Shown: piece by piece, positions 13,611 to 28,073 of the stretch
Layout of the letters: every line of letters begins with the position of its first letter
Position numbering within the stretch: position 1 is the stretch's first letter
Source: Blasia pusilla
Lineage: Eukaryota
Assembly (NCBI GenBank): GCA_050084515.1
Contig: CM114271.1
Span: forward strand, 37,014,001 to 37,078,000
Direction: 5' to 3'
DNA length: 64,000 nucleotides
Made by a program: the position numbers and the translations under genes
Notes under the pieces: generated by a model
Told to the model about the DNA's origin: nothing
Databases searched by the model: none
The model's input: only the letters and a program-made list of their open reading frames with translations

Positions 13611-16600
13611 GAAGGAGGAAGCTACATAGGATGGCGTGCCTTAGATGCGGAGTTGGGAAGTAGTAGAGGCCCAAAAGGGCAACGGGAGGAAAGAGAGAGC
13701 TGGGCTAAGTCAAGAGGGGGAATGGAGTTATCGAGAGCGCGGACCTACATAGGATGGTGAGCCATAATGCCAAAGCGGGGCAAGAAAATGACAGGCAAGG
13801 TCAAGTTCCAAAAACGGAAGAAGATGGGATAGCCCAGCGCACAGGGACGCGGGCTAGGCAGTACCGCGTGCACGACTGGCGAAGGATGTAGTAGGCCATA
13901 GCTACGTGGTTTATGAGAGTGACGTGGTTAAATTTGCAAGCAAGCTTACGTAGTCAAGGTCGACATGGTAGGGAGGGGCCGGATGTGTTGAAGGTGAGTT
14001 ACGTAGTGGAAGGGCATTTTTGGACTTGGTGTTTTTCGAGCATGGAGGGGATTCACGACGGGAGTTGTTAGTACTTTGTTGACTGGGGGTGAGACAAGTG
14101 ATCCGCACCGATGCTTTGCAATGGAGTGTCAGTATGCTGATGCGGATGGGTAGTCTCCATGCGGTGGTGGGAGGGTTGTTGTGTGTTCGAAGAGAGTGTT
14201 GTGCAACGGAGGTTGCTGCACCACATGGACGAGTGAGTGTTGACGGTGCCGTAAGCTAGAGGGCGTGATCAGGTTACCCATTCGAGTCCCTTTTCGTGCA
14301 CCTATCTTGTGTCATTGAGGGTCCTGGATTGGGTAGAAGTTGGTGTTAGATGGGTGTAGTGATGGTGACGAGTGTAGACTCCTTTCATGTGTAGCATGTT
14401 GGTGGATATACGGCGATTGCCAAGTAGGGGTCACATGTATGACCCGAGAGTGTCAGTAGTTAGGTGAGTTAGTTGGGAGGCTCATGGTGAGCCCAAGTGT
14501 TGAGTGTGCGTGAGGCCAAATGTGTCATCGCGGGATTACCATTAGCGTAGGTGAGCTAGTGAGGAGTGTAGGAGACTCTTGGTGAGTCTGAGTGCTTGAG
14601 CGGGTGAGACAGGGGTGTCATCACGGCATTCTTCGAGGTTTGAAAGAACAAGGTAGTACAAGCAGTGATAGTGGAGTGACACGAAAGTGTGAGATATCAA
14701 GGGGTTTCAAGCGAGGAACCATCCCGATTCCCATCCGTGGTTGGATCGTCATCACTAGACAGCGGGTTTGGTGACAAGATCGCAGACGGGGACGATGATG
14801 CGTGGAGAGAGATGGACGACATGGCCACCGGGGCATGCATCATTTCTCGGGTGTAGTAGGCACCATAGATCTAGATGATTTCATTCAGGAGTTAGACATG
14901 TGGTACAACATCCATGAGATACAGACCACTACGCGGGTTAACCCTTTTATGGCATGGAAGGGGTTGTTCCAGCGCTTGGAGGGTCCGCCGATGGATGATT
15001 ATATGGAGTTCCGATCCCTATACTTTGTAGAGATTGATGCCTGGAGGGTGTATTGGGCTCTAGGGTATGTGTCCACTAGTGGCCGCAAGGCGTATGATGG
15101 TATAGTGAGACCGGAGTGACCTTCACCATCAGCACGGGGACTAGATGGAGAGGATGACAGTGAGAGTGGTGAGGTGGCAGAGACCTCTCGTGATAGAGGA
15201 CCACCAAGTTTCAATTCTATAGTGGAGTTCTTCCGACAATTGAGGAGGAGCTACCAAGGCGTGCGGACCGACGAGCTGAAGAGTCTACTGGATTTTCAAC
15301 GAAGATCAGGTGAGAGTCTAAGGGAGGCGTTCACGCGCATACGACGGTTGATTGTTGCCTCATATGGGGTGACTGAGGCGCAATCAGTGCAGTATTGGTA
15401 TGGGGTGCTGGATGAGGAGCTACGGAGGAGAGTTTGGGATGCGATGTTGCTTCACGCGGAGAAGCCCACATTGAAGGTGGTCTTCGAGTTGTCTGAGCGG
15501 GTAGAGCTCAACATGAGTGAGGAGTAGGTGGTGACCATGGGATTTTCGCGAGATTCGACAAGTCGACAAGTAGGAGTAGACCCACAGGTGTCCCAGCATG
15601 CACTAGTACCATAAGAGCGGGTCGGTGGGCCTAGAGAGCAGGGCAGGTATCGTGAGCCGATGAGGCAACGGCCCATACCGACATATGTTTCCCAACAGGG
15701 ATCGGGGTTGGCTTGTTCGATGTGTGGTAGGTCACATAGGGAGAGGGACTGCCCACAGCATGGGAGAGGAGCACGGGCGCCTGTGATTGCTCAAGAGCCA
15801 CATAAGATGGCCCCACCACAGTTACAATTTGATCATTGTCACTAATATGATCACACTAGGGATAGGTGTTATGATCTTCGCCGGGAGGTACGTCCTGAGG
15901 TAGGCCACAGGACTTGGGGGCAAGAGAGTTGGTGGAGATCGAGTGGTAGATGATCGTGGTGGTAGAGTGCCATCATCAGTCACGAGAGATGGAGGATGTG
16001 CACCCGATGCAGCGCTCCTTACGCACATCGATCAGTTGGAGCTGAGGATTGCTGCCATGACGATGATGCACCTACAGGCAGGCCGAGAGCTGAGAGTATC
16101 TAGTGTGGCGCTAGCCTCCACATCATACCACAACGCAAGTGAGGATTCTGTGGGGATGGGATTTATGCGTAGTGCGGCTCAGGTTGAGGTTGCTATGGTG
16201 GTGACTTGGGATGCCGCGAGAGTAACCGAGCCATCGAGAGGTGGGATTGAGATTATCCCACATGAGGGGACTGATGGGCGGCATGCCAAGGTTCCCAAGT
16301 CGTTCACATTGTCGGAGGCACTACATACACCGTTGATGGTGCCTCAATGATCGGTAGTACCCACAAGTGGGACAAGTGCGTCAACGTCACGAGGATTTGG
16401 AGAGACAAGTCCTATGCCCACTCGGGAGGAGCAAGTGTCAACCATGTTGTTGGAGGTGGCCACTAGGATGAGCCACACTGTGTTTTTTTCCGCCATGGAG
16501 TTGGCGACGTTAGGAGTTGGACTAGCGGAGGTGTTCCGGTTGGTCGCCATGTTATGTGAACGTGGAGAGGTGACTACCTCGTGTTCAGAGGTAGTTTAGG

Positions 16601-18373
16601 AGGTGGTGGACTTGCCCTCGGAGTAGGAGCTCAGGATGTCCCCCACTGAGTCATGGCATGCGGCGGCGGTAAAATTGGTAGACATGCCAGCTCGTACGGC
16701 CATTGAGCGAGCCATGATCACACCACATGTGGTGTTGTTGGATAATTGAGCATGAGTGTTTTGCTTGGTTAGTCCCACAGGTACGGTGTACCACCCGTAG
16801 CGCGTCCTACTTGATTCGGGAGTGCATCCCTTGATGTTAGGGAAGGCGGCGTGTTTGGCGTTGGGATTACGGAAAGGCAACATCGAGCCTTGTCCCTTTC
16901 AGATACAGACCTCTATTGGGGGCGTATCACCCACGTAGTTCATGACTCGACATGAGTTGGTGGTTAGACTCTAGCCATAGCATGAGTCGCATAGTGCGAT
17001 GGTGCGCACTCGGGCGATTATGACACCGGCAAAGTCATATGATGTATTGGTACGGAGTACGGTATTGTACCCTCTAGGTTTCATTCTGGATTTTTGGGAG
17101 GAGACGGTTTCTTATCAGCTAGGGCATCGATCAGGTGGTGGACGCGCATGTGAGCCATCTACCGGTGCATTTTGCAGGGAGTAGAGGTGGTCGACCACGT
17201 GAGGATACGATGACCACGTTGGCAGCATTCACAGGTGGTGTTTGGGGAGAAGAGCACACATGCGGAGGACATTCCCGTAGTGGATAGTCCCATTGAGAGA
17301 CATGTCAGGGTGGATGTCTCTTCCCATGGTGCAAATCTTCTTTATTTTTGTTGGGGACGAGTGTTGAGATGCGTGGAGTGCAGAAGAGCTCGTGAGGCAG
17401 GCATGGAGCTGTCTCTATGTTTGGAGCGGGTTACAAGAGTGCTAGATCTCTTCCGAAGGATCAACGCTGTGGGTTGTTGCAGTGTGGCAGTGTTGCGGGG
17501 ATGACAGCACCAATGGTGCTAGATATGTATAGGATAGGAGATCTTGTCATGTACATATGTGTGTGCTATTTGGAGTTAGGAGGACCCAATTGCCAGCTAG
17601 GGTGGCGGTTGTGGGATCCCAGTGTATATGCGTGAGTATGTTTCATTTATGTGTGGATCTACCCATATGTTGGGGAGGATTGATGTTGTGTGGTGTGAAG
17701 ATGTGACCAATGATGTGGATTGTGTAGCGATGTGTATGTGCACAACAGTTGTCACATCTTATTTCGACGTAGGTAGAGTTCTATCACGTCGACGGCATAG
17801 TGAGTCAACGGGCTGTTTGGGTGTAACTTTATCCCGAGATGTCAGATGAGGTTGGAAATAGGTATGTTGTGCTGGGAACGTTGTTTATGGCAATTTCCCT
17901 ATTTTGGTTTTAGTTTTTCAAGTGACCCGTTGACCGAGTCAATGATGACTCGATAACCTGTGCACGTAGATTACCGTTGGGAGGGCTATTTTTGGGGGAC
18001 GAGTTTTTTGGCTCTTCCCAAGGGTATAAGAGTGAGAGTGATGGCTTTCTCAAGCCATCTTTCTCATGTTGAGCCTTAGGCCTCTCTTGCATAAACGTGT
18101 GTGGGTGTGTAGGAGTTAGGGTGCTAGCATCCGGATTTCCTCATAGCAGAGGGTGGATGTGGTTCGATATGCCAATGTAGATTCATGAATGGAGTTTTAG
18201 GCCGAGTGAGCCATTTTTACTACTCTTGATTTTGTTGTGGGGTCCCAGTGTATATGTTTGAGTATGTTTCATTTATATGTGGATCTACCGGTATGTTGGG
18301 GAAGATCGATGTTGTGTGGTATGTAGATGTGACCATCAATACGGGTTGTGTAGCAATTTGTATGCGCACGACA
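13611..18373 (+). mobile_element. Family-2 element, 3' portion (UTR, gag, protease, MTase motif I, then a deletion to the 3' end)
   Basis: Gag homologous to family 1 (FSGVVGTIDLDDFIQE..NPFMAWKGLFQRLE; VEFFRQLRRSYQGVRT). Knuckle CSMCGRSHRERDC. Protease VLLDSG at ~16805. RVLDLF motif I remnant at ~17440. Ends ...GCGCACGACA at 18373. Confidence 0.85.
17608..18373 (+). repeat. Family-2 split direct repeat 3' end: Y 17608-17747, X 17750-18233, Y 18234-18373
   Basis: The two Y copies both begin GTTGTGGG and end GCAC(A/G)ACA. X is the reverse complement of 29093-29584. Confidence 0.9.
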
Positions 18374-19500
18374 GGTTCCTTTGAGTTTGTAGTGATGTCC
18401 TTTTATTCATATAAACTCACCTTCAACATTCATCACATTGATGAACTCCATCTTTCATTAGGAAATGGATGAGTAAATCATCATTTCTAATCACATTAAC
18501 ATATTCAAAGTCATTGGAAGAGCACGTTCGACAATTGAAAGGGGTTTTCTAACGCTCATGAAGAATAAGTTGTATGATAATGTAGAGAAGAGCCAATTCG
18601 GTATGAGCAAGACCAAGTTCTTTGATACTATGTTTATTACAAAGGGAATGAGACCTAACATGGAGAGGGGAAAAGCTCTTTTTGAGTGGAAATCTCCCCC
18701 AACAATAAAGGGAATGAAAAGGTTCATTTGATCAGTCAAATTCAACTGAACCTTTATGAGGAACTTTTCAACCATTGTGAGATCTCTCACAGACTAGAAC
18801 CCAAGGATTTCCAACACCACATGGACCTAAGAAGTTGATGCAACATTTAACCAAGTCAAATAAACCTTATCACATGAACCTCTATTGAAGCTATCAAAGT
18901 TTGACAAATTATTGGAGGTGCATATATATGGTAGTAACTATGCAAACACTCAAATGTTGATGCAAGAAGAGGGACTTGTAGCATACGAAAGAAAGAAGCT
19001 TATCAGCAACGAACATATATGGTCTGCTCTTGAGAAAGAATTGTATGCAATGGTTCATTGTTTGGGGAAGTAACGTTGCTACTTGGAGTTCTATCAAGCT
19101 CAAATTTACACTCATTAAATATCGCTCAAATATTAAGACAAAGAGATTGAGTTACTTTGAAAAACCTACAATGGCATGATACCTTGGTGCTTCTCAATGT
19201 GGAATTGGTCCACAAGTCAAGGAAAGATAATATCATCCCCAACAATTGAGTTGCAGGGATGAGCACATACCATTGATGATGTAAATTTCCAGAGCCATGT
19301 TTCCCAGAGACACATATCTTAAGAGAAAGATTCATGAAGGATATGAAGGATACCCAAGCACATAAATACTTAAGGAAATGGAAGTGCGGAGAGAAGATGG
19401 CCAACATAAGTTTGAAGCATTGTTTGCTAGGGTTTAGGATGAGCCAAATCTATGTTGATGAGGGTACGCTTCATACTAAGGTTTTGAGTGAAGCTTTATA
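18374..19500 (+). mobile_element. Decayed conventional Gypsy RT/RNase H relic, 3' part
   Basis: GSFEFVVMSF immediately follows 18373. RNase H-like VAYERKKL..ALEKELYAMVHCL is in ORF 18885-19073. Many stops. Confidence 0.75.
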
Positions 19501-21321
19501 GTATGCCCATTTCCTCTATTTGAGAAATGGGTTGTCTTTAGCTATTGCAATTTCATATTGTCGACAAGGGATCTCCAGTGCTCTACAATGGGCTCAAGAC
19601 AATCAACAATCAGCTTCTACGATGGACTCATACTATATGAGACACCATTGCTATAGGTCTTCTTATTAGTAATCATGTTTTTTTAGTTGTTGTTGATATC
19701 TTTTTTAGGCCGATTTATTTACTTGTTTTTTTAATATTGTTTGTAGTGTTATTAAAGTTAAACTTTAGGGGGTTTCCCTTTGTTTCCATGACCAGTGTGA
19801 CCTTGGTGTTCCCTACCTCTCTAATCAACAACCCCTTTTTTTTACTTGTTGTAGTTTCCCCTATCTTTTTTGATTTGTTTAGGGTTAATTTTTTAATTTT
19901 CATTGAAGCATATGGACACACAGTTCGATCAGTACCGGCATCTTTTGTTAAAGGCTGCAGGAAGAATTTAGGAATTTTTTAGGAGCTCCCAAAGGCATCG
20001 AGAGAGGAATCGGATGCGTCAGAAACCAACCTCTCTTCTATAAATGTGTCGGAAATTTTTCCAAATTGGCTTGAGGTTTCCTGGGGATCTTTCCGAATAC
20101 AATTTCTTAACAACAGGGATTGCTGATGAGGGACAGGTATTTCCGGGGCATATTTAGCCTTGCTACGAGGCGTCAGGGATTCGAGGTAACCGGGTTAGGG
20201 TTACAGGGTTAGGGCGGTAATATTGCCCTTAGGTGTTGTTGGGGCGTCCGCGCTACTATGGGCAGCGCAAGCTGTAGGGTCTTTGTTGTGTCGTTAGGAC
20301 TCAGGGGAGGCCCAGAAGGGTAGTATTTCACTCTTGATGATTGAGAGTCTCATTTCCCTCTCTCTTGTGGTGACTCATTGTTCGTGTCCCTGGATTCTCT
20401 TTGTCCAAACTTTGAGTTTGAATATCCGCATTGTGCAATCCTTAATGTGCACACAAATTCGTTTCATGAGTTCTTCTAAAGTTCCATTGCTTATATGCGT
20501 ATTAGTTGTACGTGTTGCAAGCTAACAAGGTGTTTAATACGGCCATTGATGCAGTCTTATGTGAGGACCAAGGGTGAGGCCGTGGGCACGTAGGTGTTGG
20601 CGTATGAGACCTAAATGCGTTCTTGGTCACTTGGTGTTGTTGCAAGATACTTACATTTGTTAGTGAGTGTAGCTACATGGTGCGGCCTCGGGAGTCTTGA
20701 AATCAACGACTTGGTGCTATATTGTTGATATACTCTAGTTCCTTGTGAGTATCTTAGTTGCGCTATGGACTCCATGAGCACCCGATTGTGACACTCTCTT
20801 CTGCGCTCTAGACCCATTCTCCCTAGTTAGACTCCCTTCAGAGTTTGTTACCCTCCAAGGAGCTTTGCTGCTCTCTTTTTTTTTTCAAGTTCAAACCCGG
20901 ACTCTTTTCGGTATGGGATTACTTATTTTGATTCATCTTCAGTTGGTTTTAGTTTTGGACCTTAGCTTACCATATGATTCATGCTCATCTTGCCATTTTT
21001 GCATTGCTGGATTCTAGAATTTTTGATAGAGATGAGTCGGAGTGTCATAAGTCTCCCATTACGCAATGCACACTTTCTGATTCTAGCAAACTCTCACTCT
21101 CTAGGTGCTCAATTTGCTCGCTCCTCAGTCTTGAGGCCTCCTAGCAACTTGACACATAAGATTGTAGGACCTCATGCTCTACTAGGCCTTGTAGAATTTC
21201 CTTAAACCTTGTTAATTTTGAGAAACCTTCCTAAGGGTCTCTCATACCACAACGTACATTTGAGACTATAGACGTATATTCGGGAAGGTTTCAGCTGCTT
21301 GAACTATAACTATAATTACCT

Positions 21322-23546
21322 ATGGAGGATACATCAGCCAACCACTCATCTCGACGTAAGAGACAAAAATCCCTTACAAATCTCAGGTTTAGAACTAGAA
21401 AGAGTCTTGTTAGTGAACCAGCCAATGAAACAAACCCATGTGAGGAGATAGATTCGCCCTTTGATCTTGCGTCTTCAAAGTTTGAAGAGAACAAGAGACT
21501 TTGGAAAGACTCTTGGTATCAAGCCTTGGATTGGATCAATTTTGAGCCTTACAAGGGTCAGGTGTTTTGTAAAGTGTGCAAGGAATCTAGGGGGAATATG
21601 CGTTTGCCACATGTGGTGCCATCAATGTGAAAATTTCAGCTTTCACAGATCATGGTAAATCCAAAGAACATAAAAAGTTAGCTTGGCCAATATATAGTGG
21701 TAAACGACCTCTTGAGAAAGCCATTGCTAGCACGAATGAGCATTGTGACCATGCTATGCTCAATCTCTTTTGAGCAGCTTATTTCATGGCGAAGTATTAT
21801 GTTGCTTTTTCTTCATTCCCTAGTTTGTGTACATTACTGCAATCAAGGTTTGTTTGATAACAAAATCGATGTATCAAGACGGCAAAGCCTTTGCGCATAC
21901 GATAACATGTATTAGTTCTTTTGTACAAAGCTTAATTTTAGATAGGGTTAGACTTAGTCCCTTTTATGGATTGATCGTGGATGAATCCACAGACATACCA
22001 ATGACATGACATCTTGTTGCCTTTGTCACTTACATTGATGAAGGTCAAGTGTCCACCTCATTCTTAGGATTGATTCGAGTTGATAATAAGGATGCCGAGT
22101 CTATTTCAGAGAGTATTGTATCCTTACTTAGGGAGTGGGGCTTGGATTTTCAAAAGGTGGTTGGTTTGGGATAAGACGGGGCGAGCATCATGATTGGTAG
22201 TAGAAATGGGGTAAGTTCCCACTTGAAGAGGGATGTGAACCCTTACATGACTCATGACAAATGTCAATTGTGTGGCTCACCGAACAAACCTAGCTGCTCT
22301 TGTTGCAGCAAAGAGTCCAAGGTGCAAGCTTCTCAATGATGAGGTAGATAACATTTTGAATTCTATTACTTTTTATTTCAAGAGAAGTTCAAGGTGGAAG
22401 TCTAAGCTTTCTTCTTTAGAGGTAGAGCTCAATGATTCTAGGAAAGTCATGAAACGATATCAAAAGGTGAGATGGCTAAGTAGATGGCAAGGGTTGACCT
22501 CTTTGTGTGATAGTTTAGAATCTGTAATGGTTTACTTCTCTAATGTGGATCCCTAGGAAGGTGATGGAGTAGCTTCTCTTCTTCTTAAGAGGTTCAAGTC
22601 CTTCAAAATGATTTACATCCTTTTTTTTCTATGGCAATGTTGAAGAAGTTATTTTAGATGAAGTTTGTGGATATATCTACTATAGCTTCTATTGTTCAGA
22701 GTGAGTTGGCAGATGTTAGAATGAACTATATACATGAAAGTGTAGATATGAATGTCTATCTCATATCTCAATCTACGGGTTTTCATCTCCTTCCACATTA
22801 TGGTCCTAGTGATGGATACATGCATCGTTTGCAATCAAAGATTAGGGGCTCCTTCTTTCATTCAATCCAAATGGATAGGAATATCATAGGAAAAGATTTA
22901 GAAGAAGCTATTTTTTTAGAGGAATTTTTCTTAGGCAATATGTGTATCTTTGCAAGAAAGGTTTGAAGACAATGACATCATTGGGGATTTTAAGATCCTC
23001 AATCTAACCCATATGCCTTCTAGCATGTCTACTTTACGAGATTGGGATGTGAGGGAGCTATAAATGTTTAGTGTTTTGTGTGGATAGGAAAAGACCTTGC
23101 ATGGCATAGTTTAAAGTGCTCTTTTAGATGCTACAACTCTCAAAAATGAATTCCTAGCCTCCAAAATTCAAGCCATGAGAGAATGGAAGGAAAAGTCCTT
23201 CAAGGACATGTAGTCTATAGTAAGTTGTAGTCCTTCTTTGAAGATGAAGTATGTTGATCTTTGTGTTTTATGTGATGTAGCTAGAGTACAATGTGTGTCA
23301 ACATCAACATGTGAAAGAGCTTTTAGTATTCAAAATGTCATTAAGAATCGGTTGAGGAATAGCTTAACTTCTCAGCATTTGGAAGCTTTATTGAGGGTTA
23401 ACATGGAGGGACCATCTGAGAATTTTGAGGTTGATGATGTTCTAATATCTGCTATGGATACAAGGAAATATTCAAAAGAATACAGATTTTTGTATGCTAA
23501 TCTAGAGTTGTACCTTGTTCCTTGCTCAATCTGTTGGAGAAGGTGA
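21322..23546 (+). pseudogene. hAT-superfamily transposase (ZNF862/KIAA1586-like), degenerate
   Basis: W..W..FCKVC zinc finger, LIVDESTD, DGASIMIG (~22175), NCVAHRTNL (CxxH), VRWLSR and STSTCERAFS..RNSL dimerisation motif. It is broken by stops and frameshifts, and TIRs/TSD were not resolved. Confidence 0.9.
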
Positions 23547-24164
23547 GACAAATTCTACCCCTTCATCCTACTTTCTCTCTGATGTAATTACATTTTGTAA
23601 ATCTTGTAAAGTTTGGAATTCTTTACCTTTTTAGGCTCTAACCCTTCCTACAAAGAGTATTCTCTACATGAATACTCTTTGTAGGAAGGGTTCTTAGCAC
23701 TTCTTGATCCCAACAAGTGGGAGAAAATCTGGTTCAATCCCAGCCAGAAGTAACAGCTAATTAAGCCCTCAAGTTTCTTGAAATGAAATTAAAAGATATC
23801 CTTGAATGGAAATGGTAAGGGCCAAAGGTAATGGAAGAACTTAGGAAAATGACAAGTAGAAAGGACAAGTTTTCAGAAAAAAAAACCATAAGAAATAGTC
23901 TCAGAAATAACCTATTGGCCATATGAAGTCTCGGTATAATGCCAATATTCCAAACCACCTCTAGGGAAAAACTATGCAAACCTTAAAATCTTAGGAAGCC
24001 AACAGATGGTTATGTATGAAAGCCGAAACAAAATATAAACGGCCAACAAAAAATTGATGTGCCCCAAAATAGTCCCAGAGCCTTGTATGGACATTTCAAA
24101 TGTCAATCATATTTGTTTTTTACGGCCCCAAATTAAAAGCTTCAAATTGCGGTTCTCCCAGAGG

Positions 24165-27100
24165 TTTGTACAATTGTTGCGTTGGTGAGCCCCATACCTA
24201 CCGAGACGGTTGAGGCATCCTAAGTTGACAGGAGGAGAGCGGCGCCGGATACATTAGTTCCTGAGGAGTTATACGAGTTGCTTTGCATTTAGCATGCAAG
24301 ATTAGGGCACGGTGAAGGGTCCACGGATCCGCATTGAGTTGTCAAGTAACACGCCGATCTTCCGACGACCCTACAGGTATAGTGACATGGAGAGAGCTTT
24401 GATTCAGAGTAGGATCCAGGACTTGGTTGGAGCAGGACTAGTAGAGATGTCGCATTGAGAGTATACATCTGCCACTGTCATGCCTGCCAAGAAGGATGTG
24501 CATGGCGACTGGACGGATAGGCGGATGTGTGGAGATTACCGACGTATCAATCGGCAGACGAAATCGGACAGGTATGCCATGCCCATCCCTGAGGAGATCT
24601 TTGATATGATTGGGCATGCAAAGATCTTCAGTTTTTTAGATCTTCGAGCCAGATACCATCACCTGCCTATCAGATTGGAGGACAAGCACAAGACGGAATT
24701 TTGGGGCATCGATCCTCACGGGAAGGATTTCTTGTACCAGTGGTAAGGATATATTGATGACATCGTCATCTTTAGTGCCATGGTTGAGGAGCATGAGCGA
24801 CATCTAGAGGAGGTGTTTCGACGATTGTAGTTATATGGGCTGAAGCTACATCCAAGCAAGTGCAAGTTCTTCTACGACCAGATTGAGTACTTGGATCATA
24901 CGATATACCCAAGTGGCCTTGGTGTGCAATAAACAAAGGTAGAGGCTATTTCACGCATTCTAAGCCCTACAGATGTGAGTCAAGTTTGTGTATTCATGGG
25001 ATTGGCGAACTTCTATCAACGGTACATCAAGGGTTTCAGCTTGATTGCGAAGCCGCTGACCTTGTTGACCAAGGTGGATTAGGAGTGACACTGGGGGGAT
25101 GAGCAAGAGAGAGCATTTCAGATGCTCAAGGATGGGGCATCCTTTAGAGTTGCATACCGATTGGAGCATGTTGGGTGCTTGGAGCCGTGCTCACCCAACA
25201 TGACGATGATGGTAGAGAGTTCGTGGTGGCTTACGCTAGTTGCTCGAACAACGCTGCAGAGACGAAGCATAGTTTGTATGAGGGTAAGTGCTTGGCTGCA
25301 GTGTGGACTGTCGCACATTTTAGATGTTATCTATTCGGAAATCCCTTTACCATCATTATTGATCATTAGCCACTTAAGTGGTTGATGGAGTGCGACAAGC
25401 TTATAGGGAAGTTTGCGAGGTGGGCTCTTTTGTTGCAAGAGTATGACTTCCAGGTAATGCATAGACCTAGGATGCAGATGGTTTGAGCTATAACCCATGC
25501 CCGAGTCAGCGAGATGCGATTGGATCTCGTTGGCATGGTGAGAGTGATGAGGAGTTGATGCCAGGATGGCATGCGTTAGCCTATTTGGGCTTGTTGGCTA
25601 TAGAGAGCCAGATTGCTGAGACTTCGATGGCGAGGTCTGATGGAGAGTCCTTAGATCCAGAGGCTGGTGAGGAGACAACAGATGGCCGAGACTTTCACGA
25701 CGATAGAGTGGTATTGGAGTACTTGCGTACTTGCAGCGTCGCGAGCACAATGGGTGCTAGAGAGTGGGATCGGATCCTACAGCGAGCCAGATGATTCCGA
25801 TGGGAGGGGACACATGTGTTGCGAGTGTGGAAGGATAGTAGAATGCGTGTAGTGCCTCATCCTTTGCAGAGAGCACGTTTGGTGCGTCATGCCCACGAGG
25901 AGTTGGATCATTTTGGAGTGAAGCGGACGTACAGCTGGTCCAGATTCAGTATTGGTGGCGAGGCATGCAGATTGACGTTTAGCAGTTTGTTGCCAAGTGC
26001 ATGGTATGTGATCGAGTCTGAGCATCATTCAATGCTCGGACTCCACAGTTGCATCTACTTCCGATCATGGATTTAGGTTATAGATGGAGTTTGGATTTTG
26101 CAAGATCTTTGCCTTTGACAAAGCGCCATAGTCGTTATGTGTTGGTGATGGTCGAGCACTTCTCGAAGTGGATAGAGTTGGTTGCATTTCCTAACAAAGC
26201 GAGTGAGGGAGTAGCGTATGCCTTCCTAGATTGAGTGCTGAGGCATTACGGTGCACCAGTTGAGGTGTTGATAGACCAAGGTATAGAGTTTCGCAGGGGG
26301 TTTCAGGCCTTTTGTGATCAGGCACTGATGGACCACCGCACCACTTCACGAGATCATCTCGGGCGCATGGACTAGCGGAGAGGGTTGTGCAGACGGTGAA
26401 GAGAGGATTACGCAAGTATGGCTTGCAGAGAGGTCACCTAGGAGATTGGGACCTTCAATTGCTGTGGTTGGCGATGGGATACAGATTCAGCAGGCAGACG
26501 TCCTTGGCATCTTTCTCACCGTACTTGCTGCTTTAAGGCCATGAGCCAGATTTATATGAGGCCATTCATCGAGATGTTGGTGAGGTGTTGAACCTTGATG
26601 ACTCTGATGTATGGATGAGAGCATGTTCACAGAGGACTGAGTTGTTCCGGAGAGTGATGCCCATGGCGTTTGAGAACTTGGAGATTGCGCAACATCGGGA
26701 TACATTGAGATATGCGACTATTAGGGGGGGTGGTTATCGACCTACTATGCAGAGGTTTCATCAAGAAGATTATGTCTACTTGCAGTAGACGTCACGATCG
26801 ACGTTGGATGTGACTGCAGGGCGCACCATCTTGAGAGTGCGTGAGGTTTTACCACCAGGTGTTCTCTTATTGGAGGGATACGATGATATGGTTTGGAAGG
26901 ACCATATGCGTAACTGTGCGCCGTGTCATCTTCCGAACATTGAAAATACATTTGATTTGAGCTTAGCAGTAGTTTCTGCAGGCTTGCGATGTATGTTGTG
27001 TGGTTCTGCCCGTGGTGCAGCCACTATGCTAGTCTATAATGGATGTTCGAGAGGATGGCATATGGCATGCTTAACGCCATCTCTCACTAGGATTCCTCAA

Positions 27101-28069
27101 GGATGATGGATGTGTCCTAGATATACATAGAATAGGTAGTTCTACATTCCCACTTGTGTCTGTGATGATATGGATGACAAGAAGGCGACGAACGATGGGG
27201 CCACATGCGCACCCGATCTTCTTGCTCTTAGCGTCCGAGAGATGTATGTCATGGTAGGTAGGGATAGATGGCTATCTGGAGTTAGAGGGACCTAACCACT
27301 AGCTAAGCAGGAGATTGGAGATATTTTGGTACCTATTGTCTCGTTGTTTGGATGCCATGAGTTAGCATGGGATCGTGCGTGTTTGTGTGTGTGTTCGATG
27401 ACAACGATGTATGTTATGTAGTGATGTGTATGCGCACGACAACTGTCACATCTTTTAGGATAGATCGGTGAGATCTAGTAGAGCGCCTTTGCGAGTAGTG
27501 GAGGACAGGTTCAGGAGGTCGAGGATGACCTGCTGAGGCTCCGAGAAACTTGAGAGAGCAGGTTCCCCCTTCGTTTCGACTCATTTGGAGCCATATTGAG
27601 AAACTTACTATTTTAGGCAAGTACCATTTTGAGTATATGGTCGACTTTATATTTATGGTAAGTAGCCCTTTACCTCCTACACCAGGTCAAGAGCCAAGGG
27701 GGTGACTTGGGAGCATAGGTTACCATGGAGAGAGCTTGGGAGAGGGGAGGGGTATACCTCAAGGAGAGAGAGCTTGAGAGCTCATTCTCTCTTTGTTGAA
27801 CCTCTTGGCATGAGGCAGCGGAGCTATGGTCTTGCTTGCCTTGTGTGTGTAACCCAAGCCTCTCATTAGGAGAGTGGGTTTGGATTGACATTGAGAGAGA
27901 CATGTGAGTGTGCACACATTTGAGAGCTATGGTGTTGAGAGAGATTTCACCTTATTTTTATTGGAGATATTTTGGTACTTCTTGTCTTGTTGTTTGGATG
28001 CCATGAGTTAGCATGGGATCGTGCGTGTTTGTGTGTGTGTTCGGTGTAGCGATGTGTATGCGCACGACA
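24165..28069 (+). mobile_element. 3' half of family-1 element (RT, RNase H, integrase, PHD, Y-X-Y end)
   Basis: RT motifs RMCGDYRRIN and YIDD (~24750). RNase H VVAYAS..YEGKCLAAVW..DH. Integrase WSLDFA..VEHFSKW. PHD CMLCGS..CSRGWHMACL. Ends GCGCACGACA at 28069, followed by CTTG. Confidence 0.92.
27314..28069 (+). repeat. Family-1 split direct repeat 3' end: Y 27314-27441, X 27444-27960, Y 27961-28069
   Basis: Both Y copies run TTGGAGATATTTTGGTAC...GCGCACGACA. X is the reverse complement of 13087-13606 and shares the diagnostic ATTTCACCTTATTTT. Confidence 0.92.
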
Positions 28070-28073
28070 CTTG

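Noticed and set aside
27961-27980. TGGAGATATTTTGG as a tRNA PBS after an LTR
   Set aside because: It follows the 3' X rather than the 5' X, is not conserved in family 2, and I recognise no matching tRNA 3' end.
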